The notes under the pieces: generated by a model
What the model saw: the letters and a program-made list of their open reading frames with translations, nothing else
What the model was told of the DNA's origin: nothing
Database searches by the model: none
Origin: Zygnema circumcarinatum SAG 698-1b
Taxonomy: Eukaryota; Plantae; Zygnematophyceae
Assembly: GCA_037447605.1 (NCBI GenBank)
Contig: CM074812.1
Span: forward strand, 2,666,001 to 2,730,000
Length of the DNA: 64,000 bases
Direction: 5' to 3'
Translations under genes and position numbers: made by a program
Shown: positions 48,923 to 60,059 of the stretch, in pieces
Layout of the letters: the number at the start of each line of letters is the position of its first letter
Position numbering within the stretch: position 1 is the stretch's first letter

Positions 48923-51900
48923 TCATTGATCGTCCCTTTGAGTGGGAAAAGGCTTCAAGACGCCCTCCTTGAGACAGTACTCGAGAGCGAGAGCGCAAAA
49001 GGCCAATACAATGACACCTTCGCCTGCGTTCAAGCTTGAGAGGAGGACTGCCTCGAGGGAGGGAGAGGAGGGGAAGTGAAGGAGAGCTTGAGTGGTGTCA
49101 ACTTGGGCTAAACCTGCAGCGTATGAAATGAGAGGTCGGAAGGATGTTAGCGGAGAGGGAGGGAGGGAGGGAGGGAGGGACGGAGAGACAAGGAGGGACA
49201 CAATGAGAGGGAGGTGAGGTAGAGGGAGGGAGAGGGGGGAAGAAGTGGAGGGAGGGATATTAGGGTAGGAGGGGGCAGAGAGAGTGGGTGAAGGGGGGTG
49301 GGGGAGGGAGAAGGAGGGGTGGAGAGAGAGTGAGGAGGGGGAGGGGAAGGGATATTGAAAACCTTGGGAAATCTAAGAATCTAAAAAATCCCAAATTTTC
49401 AGAACCCAAAGAAATGCCTAACACGCCAACAACACCAAACGGCAGAGCCTCCCAAAACCCTAAACCCCAAAACCCCGAAAATTTCAGAAACCCTACCAGC
49501 GCCCAAAGTCTGTAGCGACCCCCAAAATCCTCTACAGCCCCAAAAACCCCGAATGGGACAAAACCCAACGCCGAATACGACAAACCCAGAACCCCGAATA
49601 CGACAAAACCCAAACCCTGCACACGACAAAACCCAACCCCCAAATACGACAAAACCCGAACCACAAAGGACGAACCTCTCACGAGTGCGAACGCTCCCAC
49701 GGCCCCAGCCTTGAGCTGGAAGTTTCCGAGATCCTTCCGAACCACGTAGCGGTACGTCACTCCGAAGAGAACACAAGTTATCAAAACGGAGGCTGCACTT
49801 ATGAGGGAGTTGATCCCGAGTGGAATCTCCGAGGTCAAAAAGATAAATGGCCAGCCAATGAGAGCCCCCGAAAGTCCGGCCACGGCGGCCGCTTTAACCG
49901 ATTCCACTTTCTCCTTGGCTTCATCGACCCCTTCCGTGCTCCACTTTCCGTCGTAGCTGACGGAGGGTCCGTTCAGTCCGGCGCGGGCTTCTATGAGGGC
50001 GATTCCGGCGGCTTTGAGCTCTTCTCCAGCGAGGGCGACTTCACGCTCACTCGCATCCATCTGGGGGGAGGGAGAGGGGGGATGGGACAGGGGGGGTGGG
50101 AGAGAGGGGGGGATGGGAGGGAGGGGGGAGGAGAGGGAGAGGGGCGGTGGGAGAGGGGGAAGAGGAGAGAGGTGGGAGAGTGGGGAGGGAGAGGGGGCGG
50201 GAGAGAGGGGGAGAGAGAGAGGGAGGGAGAGGGAGAGGGGGGTGGGACAGGGGTGGGAGAGGGAGGGAGAGGGAGGGAGAGGGAGGGAGAGGGAGAGGGG
50301 GGTGGGAGAGGGGGAGGGAGAGGGGGGTGGGACAGGGGTGGGAGAGGGAGGGAGAGGGAGGAGGGAGAGGGGGGTGGGAGAGAGGCGGGAGGGAGAGGGA
50401 GGGAGAGGGAGAGGGGGGTGGGAGAGTGGGGGAGGAGGGGGTGGGAGAGGGGGAGGGAGAGGGGGGTGGAGAGGGGGGTGGGAGAGGGGGGGTGGGAGAG
50501 AGGCGGGAGGGAGAGGGAGGGAGAGGGAGAGGGGGGGAGGGAGAGGGGGGGTGGGAGAGGGGGGGGGGCGGGAGAGACGGGGGGGGGGAAAACGGGGGTG
50601 GGAGAGGGGGGTGGGAGAGGGGGGGTGGGAGAGGGGGGGTGGGAGAGGGGGGTGGGGGAGGGGGGGGTGGAAGAGGGGGGGTGGGAGAGGGGCGTGTGGG
50701 GGACGAAGAGAGAGAAGGGCGGGAGGGAGCCAGGAAGGGAGAAAGAGGAGAAGGGAGCAGCGGGAAGGAGAGAGAGAGAGAGAGGGAGGGAGAGGGGGAG
50801 GGAGAGGGAGGGAGAGGGAGAGGGGGAGGGACAGGGGATGGGAGAGGGGGAGGGAGAGGGAGGGAGAGGGAGGGAGAGGGAGGGAGAGGGGGGTGGGAGA
50901 GGGGGGGGTGGGAGAGTGGGGTGGGAGAGGGGGGGCGGGAGAGAGGGGGGAGGGAGAGGGAGGGAGAGGGAGAGGGGGGGTGGGACAGGGGGGGTGGGAG
51001 AGGGGGGTGGGAGAGGGAGGAGGGAGAGGTGAGAGAGAAAGGGAGAAAGGAGAGAGAAAGCCTCCGACCCTAATCCCTAACTCTAACTCCCCCTAACTTT
51101 AAACCCCAAACCTTGAACTTTGAACCCTAAACCCTGAACCGTACACCCTGAACCGTAAACCCTGAACCCTGAACCTTAAACCCTAAACCCTAAACCGTAG
51201 ACCCTGAACCCTAAAACCCTCAACCCTCAACCCTGAACCGTAAACCCTGAACCCTGAACCTTAAACCCTAACCCTAAACCCTGAACTGAACCCTCAGCCC
51301 TAAACCGTACACCCTGAACCCAGAACCCTCAACCGTCAACCCTCAACCCTAAACCCTCTACCTGAACCTTAAACCCTGAACCCTGAACCCTAACTTTCAA
51401 CTCACCTCCGCCAGAGCCTCCCGCGCCTGCGCCTCCCACTTCCCCACACTCTCCCTCTCTCTCGCCCTCTCCCTCTCCTCCCTCTCCACTGCCTCCAACG
51501 CCGCCTGAGCATCCGCCACTCTCATTGCTGCCGCCCGGAAGTCCGCTAGAAGCTTCCGAGACTCTTCCGACTGCATCACCTTCTCTAGCTCCCTCTCCCA
51601 TTCAATCCCTCTCTCTCCCAATCTCTCTCCCTCTCTCTCTCCCCCTCTCTCTCCCGCTCTCTCTCCCTCTCTCTCTCCCTCTCTCTCTCCCACTCTCTCT
51701 CCCACTCTCTCTCCCTCTCCCCCTCCCGCTCTTACGTTTGCGCTCTCTCCTTCCTTTCCCTCTGCATTGGAGTTCGATGAAGCTCGACAGCGAAAAACGT
51801 TGACGTGGCAGGAGGATAGCGCGCCACGTGGCGGGCCATGGCGAGAGGTGGGGACTGATAGAGTGCCACGTGGCGGCGGAGTGCGGAGAGTCGGGGTTAA

Positions 51901-52002
51901 GGGTGACAGATGGCAGCAGCACCGAGATGCGGCCATGGCGGGAGGGAGAGAGGGAGATGAGGTGGAAAGAGAAAGGAGGGAGAGAGAGGGAGAGGTGGCC
52001 AT
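48923..52002 (-). CDS. Putative plastid-targeted integral membrane protein of an uncharacterised conserved family (FGVTYRY motif), 3 exons, about 390 aa
   Basis: Exons 52002-51406, 50060-49676, 49113-48923 are in phase. Ser/Pro-rich N-terminus ending ..FRCRASS (transit-peptide-like), then a coiled-coil, then EKVESVKAAAVAG..CVLFGVTYRYVVRKDLGNFQLKAGAVGAFALVRGLAQ with hydrophobic segments. I recall similar motifs in plant and cyanobacterial unknown proteins (not verified). Confidence 0.75.
51075..51395. repeat. (CCCTGAA/CCCTAAA)n telomere-like tract directly downstream (sense strand G-rich) of the plastid-protein exon-1 donor; duplicated at about 52852-53172
   Basis: aaccctaaaccctgaaccgtacaccctgaacc...; minus-strand donor at 51405. 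Confidence 0.85.
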
Positions 52003-52834
52003 GGCGCCTTGCAGAGAGACCGGCGTTCTATGTGGCAGTTCTCAACTAGGGCCTTTGAACGGCGCCCTCATTCTATGTGGCCGTTTCTCAGTTAGGGTTT
52101 CCTCGGAACGGTTTCCGCAGTTTTCAGGCTATTTCAACGGACACGATCACACGCGATCTATGTGGCACTCTCAGTTAGGACTGCCGAAAATCGCCCGCCG
52201 GTTTGGAGCGTTTTGGGTATTCGAGAAAGAGTTTGCGGCCTTTGGTAAAAACAAGGGTCTAATCGAAGGCCAATTGGGACTCTCATGAGGACACGTGGCA
52301 CGTTCTCATTGGATGATATGTCNNNNNNNNNNGGAGGGAGACGGGGGGTGGGAAAAGAGGGGTGGTAGAGGGGGGTGGGAGAGGGGGGGTGGGAGAGGGG
52401 GGTGGGGGAGGGGGGGGTGGAAGAGGGGGGGTGGGAGAGGGGCGTGTGGGGGACGAAGAGAGAGAAGGGCGGGAGGGAGCCAGGAAGGGAGAAAGAGGAG
52501 AAGGGAGCAGCGGGAAGGAGAGAGAGAGGGGGAAGGGGGACACGAGAGAGCGGAGAGAGAGGGAAAGGCATCCAAGGGAGGGACAGGAGAGAGGAGGGGA
52601 GGGAGAGAAAAAAGGAGAAGGGGGAGAGGGAGATTCAATGGAGAGAGAGAGGGAGGGTGGAGAGTAGCAGAGGGGGAAACGAGAGTGGGGGGATTAGAGA
52701 AAGTGAGCGAATGGGGAGAGAAGGCGGAGGGGAGAGGGAAGTAGAGGGGAGAAAGGGAAGGGAGAGGGATAGGAGTGGAGAGGTGTGGGAGAGAGAAAGG
52801 GAGAAAGGAGAGAGAAAGGGAGAAAGGAGAGAGA

Positions 52835-54099
52835 AAGCCTCCGACCCTAATCCCTAACTCTAACTCCCCCTAACTTTAAACCCCAAACCTTGAACTTTGA
52901 ACCCTAAACCCTGAACCGTACACCCTGAACCGTAAACCCTGAACCCTGAACCTTAAACCCTAAACCCTAAACCGTAGACCCTGAACCCTAAAACCCTCAA
53001 CCCTCAACCCTGAACCGTAAACCCTGAACCCTGAACCTTAAACCCTAACCCTAAACCCTGAACTGAACCCTCAGCCCTAAACCGTACACCCTGAACCCAG
53101 AACCCTCAACCGTCAACCCTCAACCCTAAACCCTCTACCTGAACCTTAAACCCTGAACCCTGAACCCTAACTTTCAACTCACCTCCGCCAGAGCCTCCCG
53201 CGCCTGCGCCTCCCACTTCCCCACACTCTCCCTCTCTCTCGCCCTCTCCCTCTCCTCCCTCTCCACTGCCTCCAACGCCGCCTGAGCATCCGCCACTCTC
53301 ATTGCTGCCGCCCGGAAGTCCGCTAGAAGCTTCCGAGACTCTTCCGACTGCATCACCTTCTCTAGCTCCCTCTCCCATTCAATCCCTCTCTCTCCCAATC
53401 TCTCTCCCTCTCTCTCTCCCCCTCTCTCTCCCGCTCTCTCTCCCTCTCTCTCTCCCTCTCTCTCTCCCACTCTCTCTCCCACTCTCTCTCCCTCTCCCCC
53501 TCCCGCTCTTACGTTTGCGCTCTCTCCTTCCTTTCCCTCTGCATTGGAGTTCGATGAAGCTCGACAGCGAAAAACGTTGACGTGGCAGGAGGATAGCGCG
53601 CCACGTGGCGGGCCATGGCGAGAGGTGGGGACTGATAGAGTGCCACGTGGCGGCGGAGTGCGGAGAGTCGGGGTTAAGGGTGACAGATGGCAGCAGCACC
53701 GAGATGCGGCCATGGCGGGAGGGAGAGAGGGAGATGAGGTGGAAAGAGAAAGGAGGGAGAGAGAGGGAGAGGTGGCCATGGCGCCTTGCAGAGAGACCGG
53801 CGTTCTATGTGGCAGTTCTCAACTAGGGCCTTTGAACGGCGCCCTCATTCTATGTGGCCGTTTCTCAGTTAGGGTTTCCTCGGAACGGTTTCCGCAGTTT
53901 TCAGGCTATTTCAACGGACACGATCACACGCGATCTATGTGGCACTCTCAGTTAGGACTGCCGAAAATCGCCCGCCGGTTTGGAGCGTTTTGGGTATTCG
54001 AGAAAGAGTTTGCGGCCTTTGGTAAAAACAAGGGTCTAATCGAAGGCCAATTGGGACTCTCATGAGGACACGTGGCACGTTCTCATTGGATGATATGTC
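52835..54099. repeat. Apparently identical second copy of 51058-52322 (includes exon 1 of the plastid-protein gene); likely contig-overlap artefact
   Basis: Offset 1777 bp; the first copy ends exactly at the N-gap 52323-52332. Confidence 0.75.
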
Positions 54100-54214
54100 A
54101 CTCCTGTATCCAATCAGAGAACGGGGTTTTCCCACGGATCGTGATATCAACGGGTTCAGGGTTCAGGGTGTACGGTTCAGGGTTCAGGGTGTACGGTTCA
54201 GGGTTCAGGGTGTA

Positions 54215-54797
54215 CAGTAGGGGGTCCTCATATTTTCCACCCTGGTTCCGGGCAAAATGAGGCGAAAATATTAAATTTGCATATATAAGGTTCGTGTTAC
54301 GAATAGACGGGCGGTATTATGTTAGAGTTCATGTTGGACCGTACGTATCGTACCTTACCATATCGTACCGTATCGTACTGTATCATTTAGCATCGTATCG
54401 TATCGTAACATATCGTGACGCATAGACGTAGTTTTCCGCTTTCTGTTGTTCGTCTCAGCTCGTACAGCTCGTACGGACAATACCATATCGGGGCGTTTCG
54501 TATCGTATCGCCTAGTATCGTAAAGTATCGTACCGATCGTTTCGTATCGTATCGTAACGAAGCCAGGAAGAAGGGGAGAAGAGCGAGCGCCTCTTACGGT
54601 GGCTCGAGCGGGGAGATTCGGTGAGTTTTGCGTAAGCCCGTAACGGCTAGTACAGATAGTACGAATAGTACGAATAGTACGGATAGTACGTATAGTACGG
54701 CTAACACAAGTTACCGTACAAAAAGGTGGTTTCGGCAAAATCGGGGCGAAAATATTGAGGACGCACTCGGGGTGGTAAATACGAGGACCCCCCACTG
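54215..54797. mobile_element. Tc1/mariner-type MITE (583 bp) inserted at a TA within a (GGTTCAG)n telomere-like tract
   Basis: gggtgTA|CAGTAGGGGGTCCTC...GAGGACCCCCCACTG|TAccg; highly similar to 26702-27240; degenerate telomeric repeat on both sides (54133-54212, 54800-54897). Confidence 0.85.
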
Positions 54798-55705
54798 TAC
54801 CGTTTAGCGTTCAGGGTTCAGGGTGTACGGTTCGGGTTTAGGGTTCAGGTTCAGGGTTCAGGGTTCAGGGTTCAGGGTTCAGGGTTCAGGGTTCAGGGAA
54901 AAATGGGTTCCAAAAAATATCGGCAAACTTTCTGGCCACGTGGCGGCCCCAGACGGGGCCCACATTGGCAGTTGGAATTTGGGACTGTTGACGGGGAACT
55001 CTACCCGTCGGCTGTTCGATACCGTACACTTTCGTACTGTTTTCGTACTTTCTCATACGGTACTCCATATCCCATCCAAAATATTTCAGGATGCGCTTCT
55101 GTCGATGGGATTTTCCCTCTGGATAAGAAATCGGATCCGAACTTTTTTTTTCGCAGCGCTGGCGGCGGACACGTTGCAGGGCATTTAATCGGAACGACCT
55201 TTCCGAGGCAGGGCTGGCACTAACGGACAAGAGAATCTCAAATCGGAAATAATAAAAAACGACACAATCGAATTGAATTCGCTGTGTCGTCATATCAGGA
55301 CCAGAGAGGGGATCGCGTTTCAGGAAAACGACAAGGGACGGGATCCGAAATTTTGGGTGAGCAGTGCCAGACGGAAGTACGGCCAAGGGATGGCAAAAGT
55401 CCGTACTCGCAGGGTTCTAGATTTTAGGGGTTGTGAGACATAGAAATCGTCTGAAATTCTAGGGTTTTTAGGGTTTAGGGTTCACGGTTTACGGTCAACG
55501 TTTAGGGGTTAGGGTTAAAACCTAAAACCTAAAACCTACATATGGCGACTCTCGACCAATCGTGAGCTGCCACCTGTCCCCCCCCCCAATTCCGGCCCGG
55601 CCCATCTACAGTACTACGGTCCTCGCCCCTGTTCGCCTCCCATTTTCATGTGCGCCAAGTCAAAGATTCTATCCTTTACATGATTGTCTTGCAGTTTTTT
55701 TGTCT

Positions 55706-58308
55706 TTATTCGCAAATTCAGATTGCGCCGACCAAGGTTCGAAACACCGCTCTCAATGGAGAATCCGATTCGATCTTGTCAGAATCATCTTGGAATTATC
55801 AGCCGCACTACCTGCCAGGATTTGTCGTACGGTCGTCCGAAAGTGTATTCCAAACAAGTACCGTTGGAAGACCACTGATGAGTGGAGGCCACTCACATGA
55901 TGTCACGTGTCAATTTTGCAGATTCAACGAATCCGAGTGTACCACGTCACGATTTGTCCCAGGGACACCCGAAGCTGCGCAAGTAACAGGCGGGCGACTC
56001 CACTGAGATGCCAGCGTCAATCGTCGAATGCCACGTTTCATATGAGCTTACGTGTCACCAATGACTGAATGCCATGTTCCCTATGGGATGACGTTGAACC
56101 AGTACCTGAACGCCAGATGTCGATAATTGCGACTACGAAGGCGACCACCAACAGTTTGACCACGGCAGCCGGGCCGACCGCAAAATGCCAATATCAAGAT
56201 CTTGAGATTACAGGAACGCACGCGCAAATCTTGGAGATAGCGTGGCGTGACGTGACGTGACGTGACGTGATGTGACGTGACGCATGTGATAGCGTTCAGA
56301 ATCTTGAACTAAGACCCGGAATGAAAAAGATCGTACGAATATTTTGGACGGACCTCGCTGGCGAATCTTAGGGACACGTCAGTTGGGACACGTGTCGAAT
56401 TGTGAGCATCGGGCGGCGCCGGGTTTCCCGTTGGCTTTCCTTGAAGTTTTGTCGTGTAGCGGGCCCAATGGCCGAGGCAGGATCACCCGCTTGGCGGCTC
56501 CGGACGAAATTTGTAGGAGAAAAAAAAATGCCGACGTCAAATATTTTAATGTGAAATAAGAAATCGAATAAAAAACAAAACAAATCATGACGGTCAAAAT
56601 GTTATCCACTAATCCGCGTGCAGCTTTACACGTGTTTCAAATCACTAACAGCAGACCAAAAGTTTTTTTGGATGGTCAAAAACTTTCATACGAAATAAAT
56701 GGATGAATGTAAATTTCGGCATGCAAAATATTTTCATACTTTGTTCGCCCGCACTCGTCGTACGGTGGATCGGCGTTTCGCTACTCCGAATAGCGCTGTC
56801 GGCGAGAAAGGTAGGTTTTGAGAGGGAGGGAGAAGGGAGAGGTAGAGAGTGGGAGAGAGAGAGAGAGGGAGTGGGAGGGAGAAGAATTGAGAGAGGGGGA
56901 GGGAGTGGGAGGGAGAGAGGGAGTGGGAGGGAGAAGAATTGAGAGAGGGGGAGGGAGAGGGAGAGGTAGAGGGAAAGGGAGAGAGGGAGAGGTATAAGGA
57001 GAGGGAGAGGGAGAGGGAGAGNNNNNNNNNNTTATTCGCAAATTCAGATTGCGCCGACCAAGGTTCGAAACACCGCTCTCAATGGAGAATCCGATTCGAT
57101 CTTGTCAGAATCATCTTGGAATTATCAGCCGCACTACCTGCCAGGATTTGTCGTACGGTCGTCCGAAAGTGTATTCCAAACAAGTACCGTTGGAAGACCA
57201 CTGATGAGTGGAGGCCACTCACATGATGTCACGTGTCAATTTTGCAGATTCAACGAATCCGAGTGTACCACGTCACGATTTGTCCCAGGGACACCCGAAG
57301 CTGCGCAAGTAACAGGCGGGCGACTCCACTGAGATGCCAGCGTCAATCGTCGAATGCCACGTTTCATATGAGCTTACGTGTCACCAATGACTGAATGCCA
57401 TGTTCCCTATGGGATGACGTTGAACCAGTACCTGAACGCCAGATGTCGATAATTGCGACTACGAAGGCGACCACCAACAGTTTGACCACGGCAGCCGGGC
57501 CGACCGCAAAATGCCAATATCAAGATCTTGAGATTACAGGAACGCACGCGCAAATCTTGGAGATAGCGTGGCGTGACGTGACGTGACGTGACGTGATGTG
57601 ACGTGACGCATGTGATAGCGTTCAGAATCTTGAACTAAGACCCGGAATGAAAAAGATCGTACGAATATTTTGGACGGACCTCGCTGGCGAATCTTAGGGA
57701 CACGTCAGTTGGGACACGTGTCGAATTGTGAGCATCGGGCGGCGCCGGGTTTCCCGTTGGCTTTCCTTGAAGTTTTGTCGTGTAGCGGGCCCAATGGCCG
57801 AGGCAGGATCACCCGCTTGGCGGCTCCGGACGAAATTTGTAGGAGAAAAAAAAATGCCGACGTCAAATATTTTAATGTGAAATAAGAAATCGAATAAAAA
57901 ACAAAACAAATCATGACGGTCAAAATGTTATCCACTAATCCGCGTGCAGCTTTACACGTGTTTCAAATCACTAACAGCAGACCAAAAGTTTTTTTGGATG
58001 GTCCCCAAAAACTTTCATACGAAATAAATGGATGAATGTAAATTTCGGCATGCAAAATATTTTCATACTTTGTTCGCCCGCACTCGTCGTACGGTGGATC
58101 GGCGTTTCGCTACTCCGAATAGCGCTGTCGGCGAGAAAGGTAGGTTTTGAGAGGGAGGGAGAAGGGAGAGGTAGAGAGTGGGAGAGAGAGAGAGAGGGAG
58201 TGGGAGGGAGAAGAATTGAGAGAGGGGGAGGGAGTGGGAGGGAGAGAGGGAGTGGGAGGGAGAAGAATTGAGAGAGGGGGAGGGAGAGGGAGAGGTAGAG
58301 GGAAAGGG
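55706..58308. repeat. Tandem near-identical 1.27-kb duplication (55706-56977 and 57032-58308) across an N-gap; no recognisable gene
   Basis: The second copy starts right after the gap 57022-57031. The only difference noticed is a 3-bp indel (ggtcaaaa versus ggtccccaaaa). Contains (GTGAC)n at about 56248 and 57574. Confidence 0.75.
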
Positions 58309-59622
58309 NNNNNNNNNNGAGAGGGAGAGGGAGAGGGAGAGGGAGAGGGAAAGGGAGAGGGGGAGGCAGAGAGGCAGAGAGGGAGAGGGAGATAAAGAGA
58401 GTCGAAGAGGAATAGGAGTGAGGGAGAGAAGAGGGAGGGGAGGAGAGTGAGGAAAGAAGAGAGAGGGAAGGGAAGAGGGAGAGTTGGGGAGAGAGGGAGG
58501 GAACGCGGGAGAGAGCGATTGAGAGAGGGGCAGAGAGGGAGAGCAAGACGAGGAAACGGGTGAGAAAGTGGGAGACAGAGAGGGAGTGGAGAGTGTGAGC
58601 AAGGCAGAGAGAGTGGGAGGGAGGCAGAAAGAGGCAGACAGAGAGAAGGAGGCAGAGAGAGGCAGAGAGAGAGAGAAAGGGAGACACAGCGAGGCAGAGA
58701 GTTAGAGAGAGTGAGGACGAGAGAGAAAGGAAACAAAAGATATTGTAAAATGCCGCCTTCGGGCGAATCACATGTTTCCACGTGTTCCGCGAAACTGCGC
58801 GTGCGGAGGTCCCCCGAAGAGGGAGAGAGGGGGAGAGAGAGAGAGGAAGAGAGAGATGCAGGGAGTTGGGGGGAGAGAGAGCGGAGGGTGAAGCGGAAGA
58901 GAGAGAGTGCTGACATGGCAGAAGTCCATTCGTCGTCGATGACAGTACTTGACAGAGCGACACGTGGCGAGTGTTGCGATGAGGCCGTGACAGGTGGCGC
59001 AAGCGGAGAGGATGAGGAGAGGTGTAGATGGGAGGAGGACGACTCCACAGGTGAGAGGAGGGGGAGGGAGAGAGTAAGGAGGGAGAGAGAGTGGAAGTGG
59101 GGAGGGAGGGAGAGAGGAGGGAGAGAGAGTGGAAGTGGGGACGGAGGGAGAGAGGAGGGAGAGAGTGGAAGTGGGGAGGTAGGGAGAGAAGAGAGAGAGT
59201 GGAAGTGGGGAGGGAGGGAGGGAGAGTGGAAGTGGGAAAGGATGGAGAGAGGACGGAGGGAGAGTGGAAGTGTGGAGGGAGGGAGAGAGGAGGGAGAGCG
59301 AAAGGAAGTGGGGAGGGAAGGAGAGTGGAAGAGTAGAAATGGAGAAATAAGAAGGGAGGGGAGTGCGAAAGGGAGAAAGGAGAGGGAGAGAGAGTGAGAG
59401 AAAGAAAGAGAAGGAGGAGGTTGTTTCTGGAGTGTTCCTAGTCGTTGATTGTTCTTGGAACTGAACTGGAACTGCGGTTCCTTGCGGGTTCCCTGCGTCA
59501 GGAACGTCAAGGTTCAGAGGGGAAGCATTCCATGGAGGGGAGCCGTTGATCTTCAGTGGATCTCAGAGCCTGCCTGGACTGGCCCTCATCGTCACCGACA
59601 TCACCGGCTGCATCACCGACTG

Positions 59623-59920
59623 GTATGTATGTATGGTTGCATGTATGTATGTATGTATGTATGTATGTATGTATGTATGTATGTATGTACTGTATGTATG
59701 GTTGTATTTATGTATGTATGTATGTATGTACTGTATGTATGGTTGCATGTATGTATGTATGTATGTATGTATGTATGTATGTATGTACTGTATGTATGGT
59801 TGTATGTATGTATGTATGTATGTATGTACTGTATGTATGGTTGTATGTACTGTATGTATGGTTGTATGTATGTATGTATGTATATTGTATGTACGTATGT
59901 ATGTATGTATGTATGTATAT
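59623..59920. repeat. (TATG)n microsatellite with recurring gtactgtatgtatggttg variants
   Basis: Read directly from the sequence. Confidence 0.95.
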
Positions 59921-60059
59921 GTACTCACCACATCACAATTGATGGATGATGTAGATACATCATTGGTTTTACAATCCAGTCATGTTTCTCCCTTTGTATG
60001 TCTTCGCAAATATCCCACATCTCCCGCTCGTTTCCCCTCCCTCTCTCCTTCTGTCACTT

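Noticed and set aside
53174-53779. Second gene copy or alternative first exon of the plastid protein
   Set aside because: Appears base-identical to 51397-52002 including flanks and abuts a scaffold gap; most likely contig overlap.
48435-54945. GCCACGTGGC (G-box) palindromes as regulatory sites
   Set aside because: Occurrences lie in coding sequence, 3' regions or transposon arms (also 4761, 6038); no positional support for a promoter call.
55730-55755. Pol III B-box-like GGTTCGAAAC (tRNA or SINE)
   Set aside because: No A-box or cloverleaf upstream.
55706-58308. Tandemly duplicated gene cluster (paired small ORFs at 56069/57395, 56344/57670 and others)
   Set aside because: The duplication is gap-bounded and near-identical, and the ORFs are short with no recognisable motifs.
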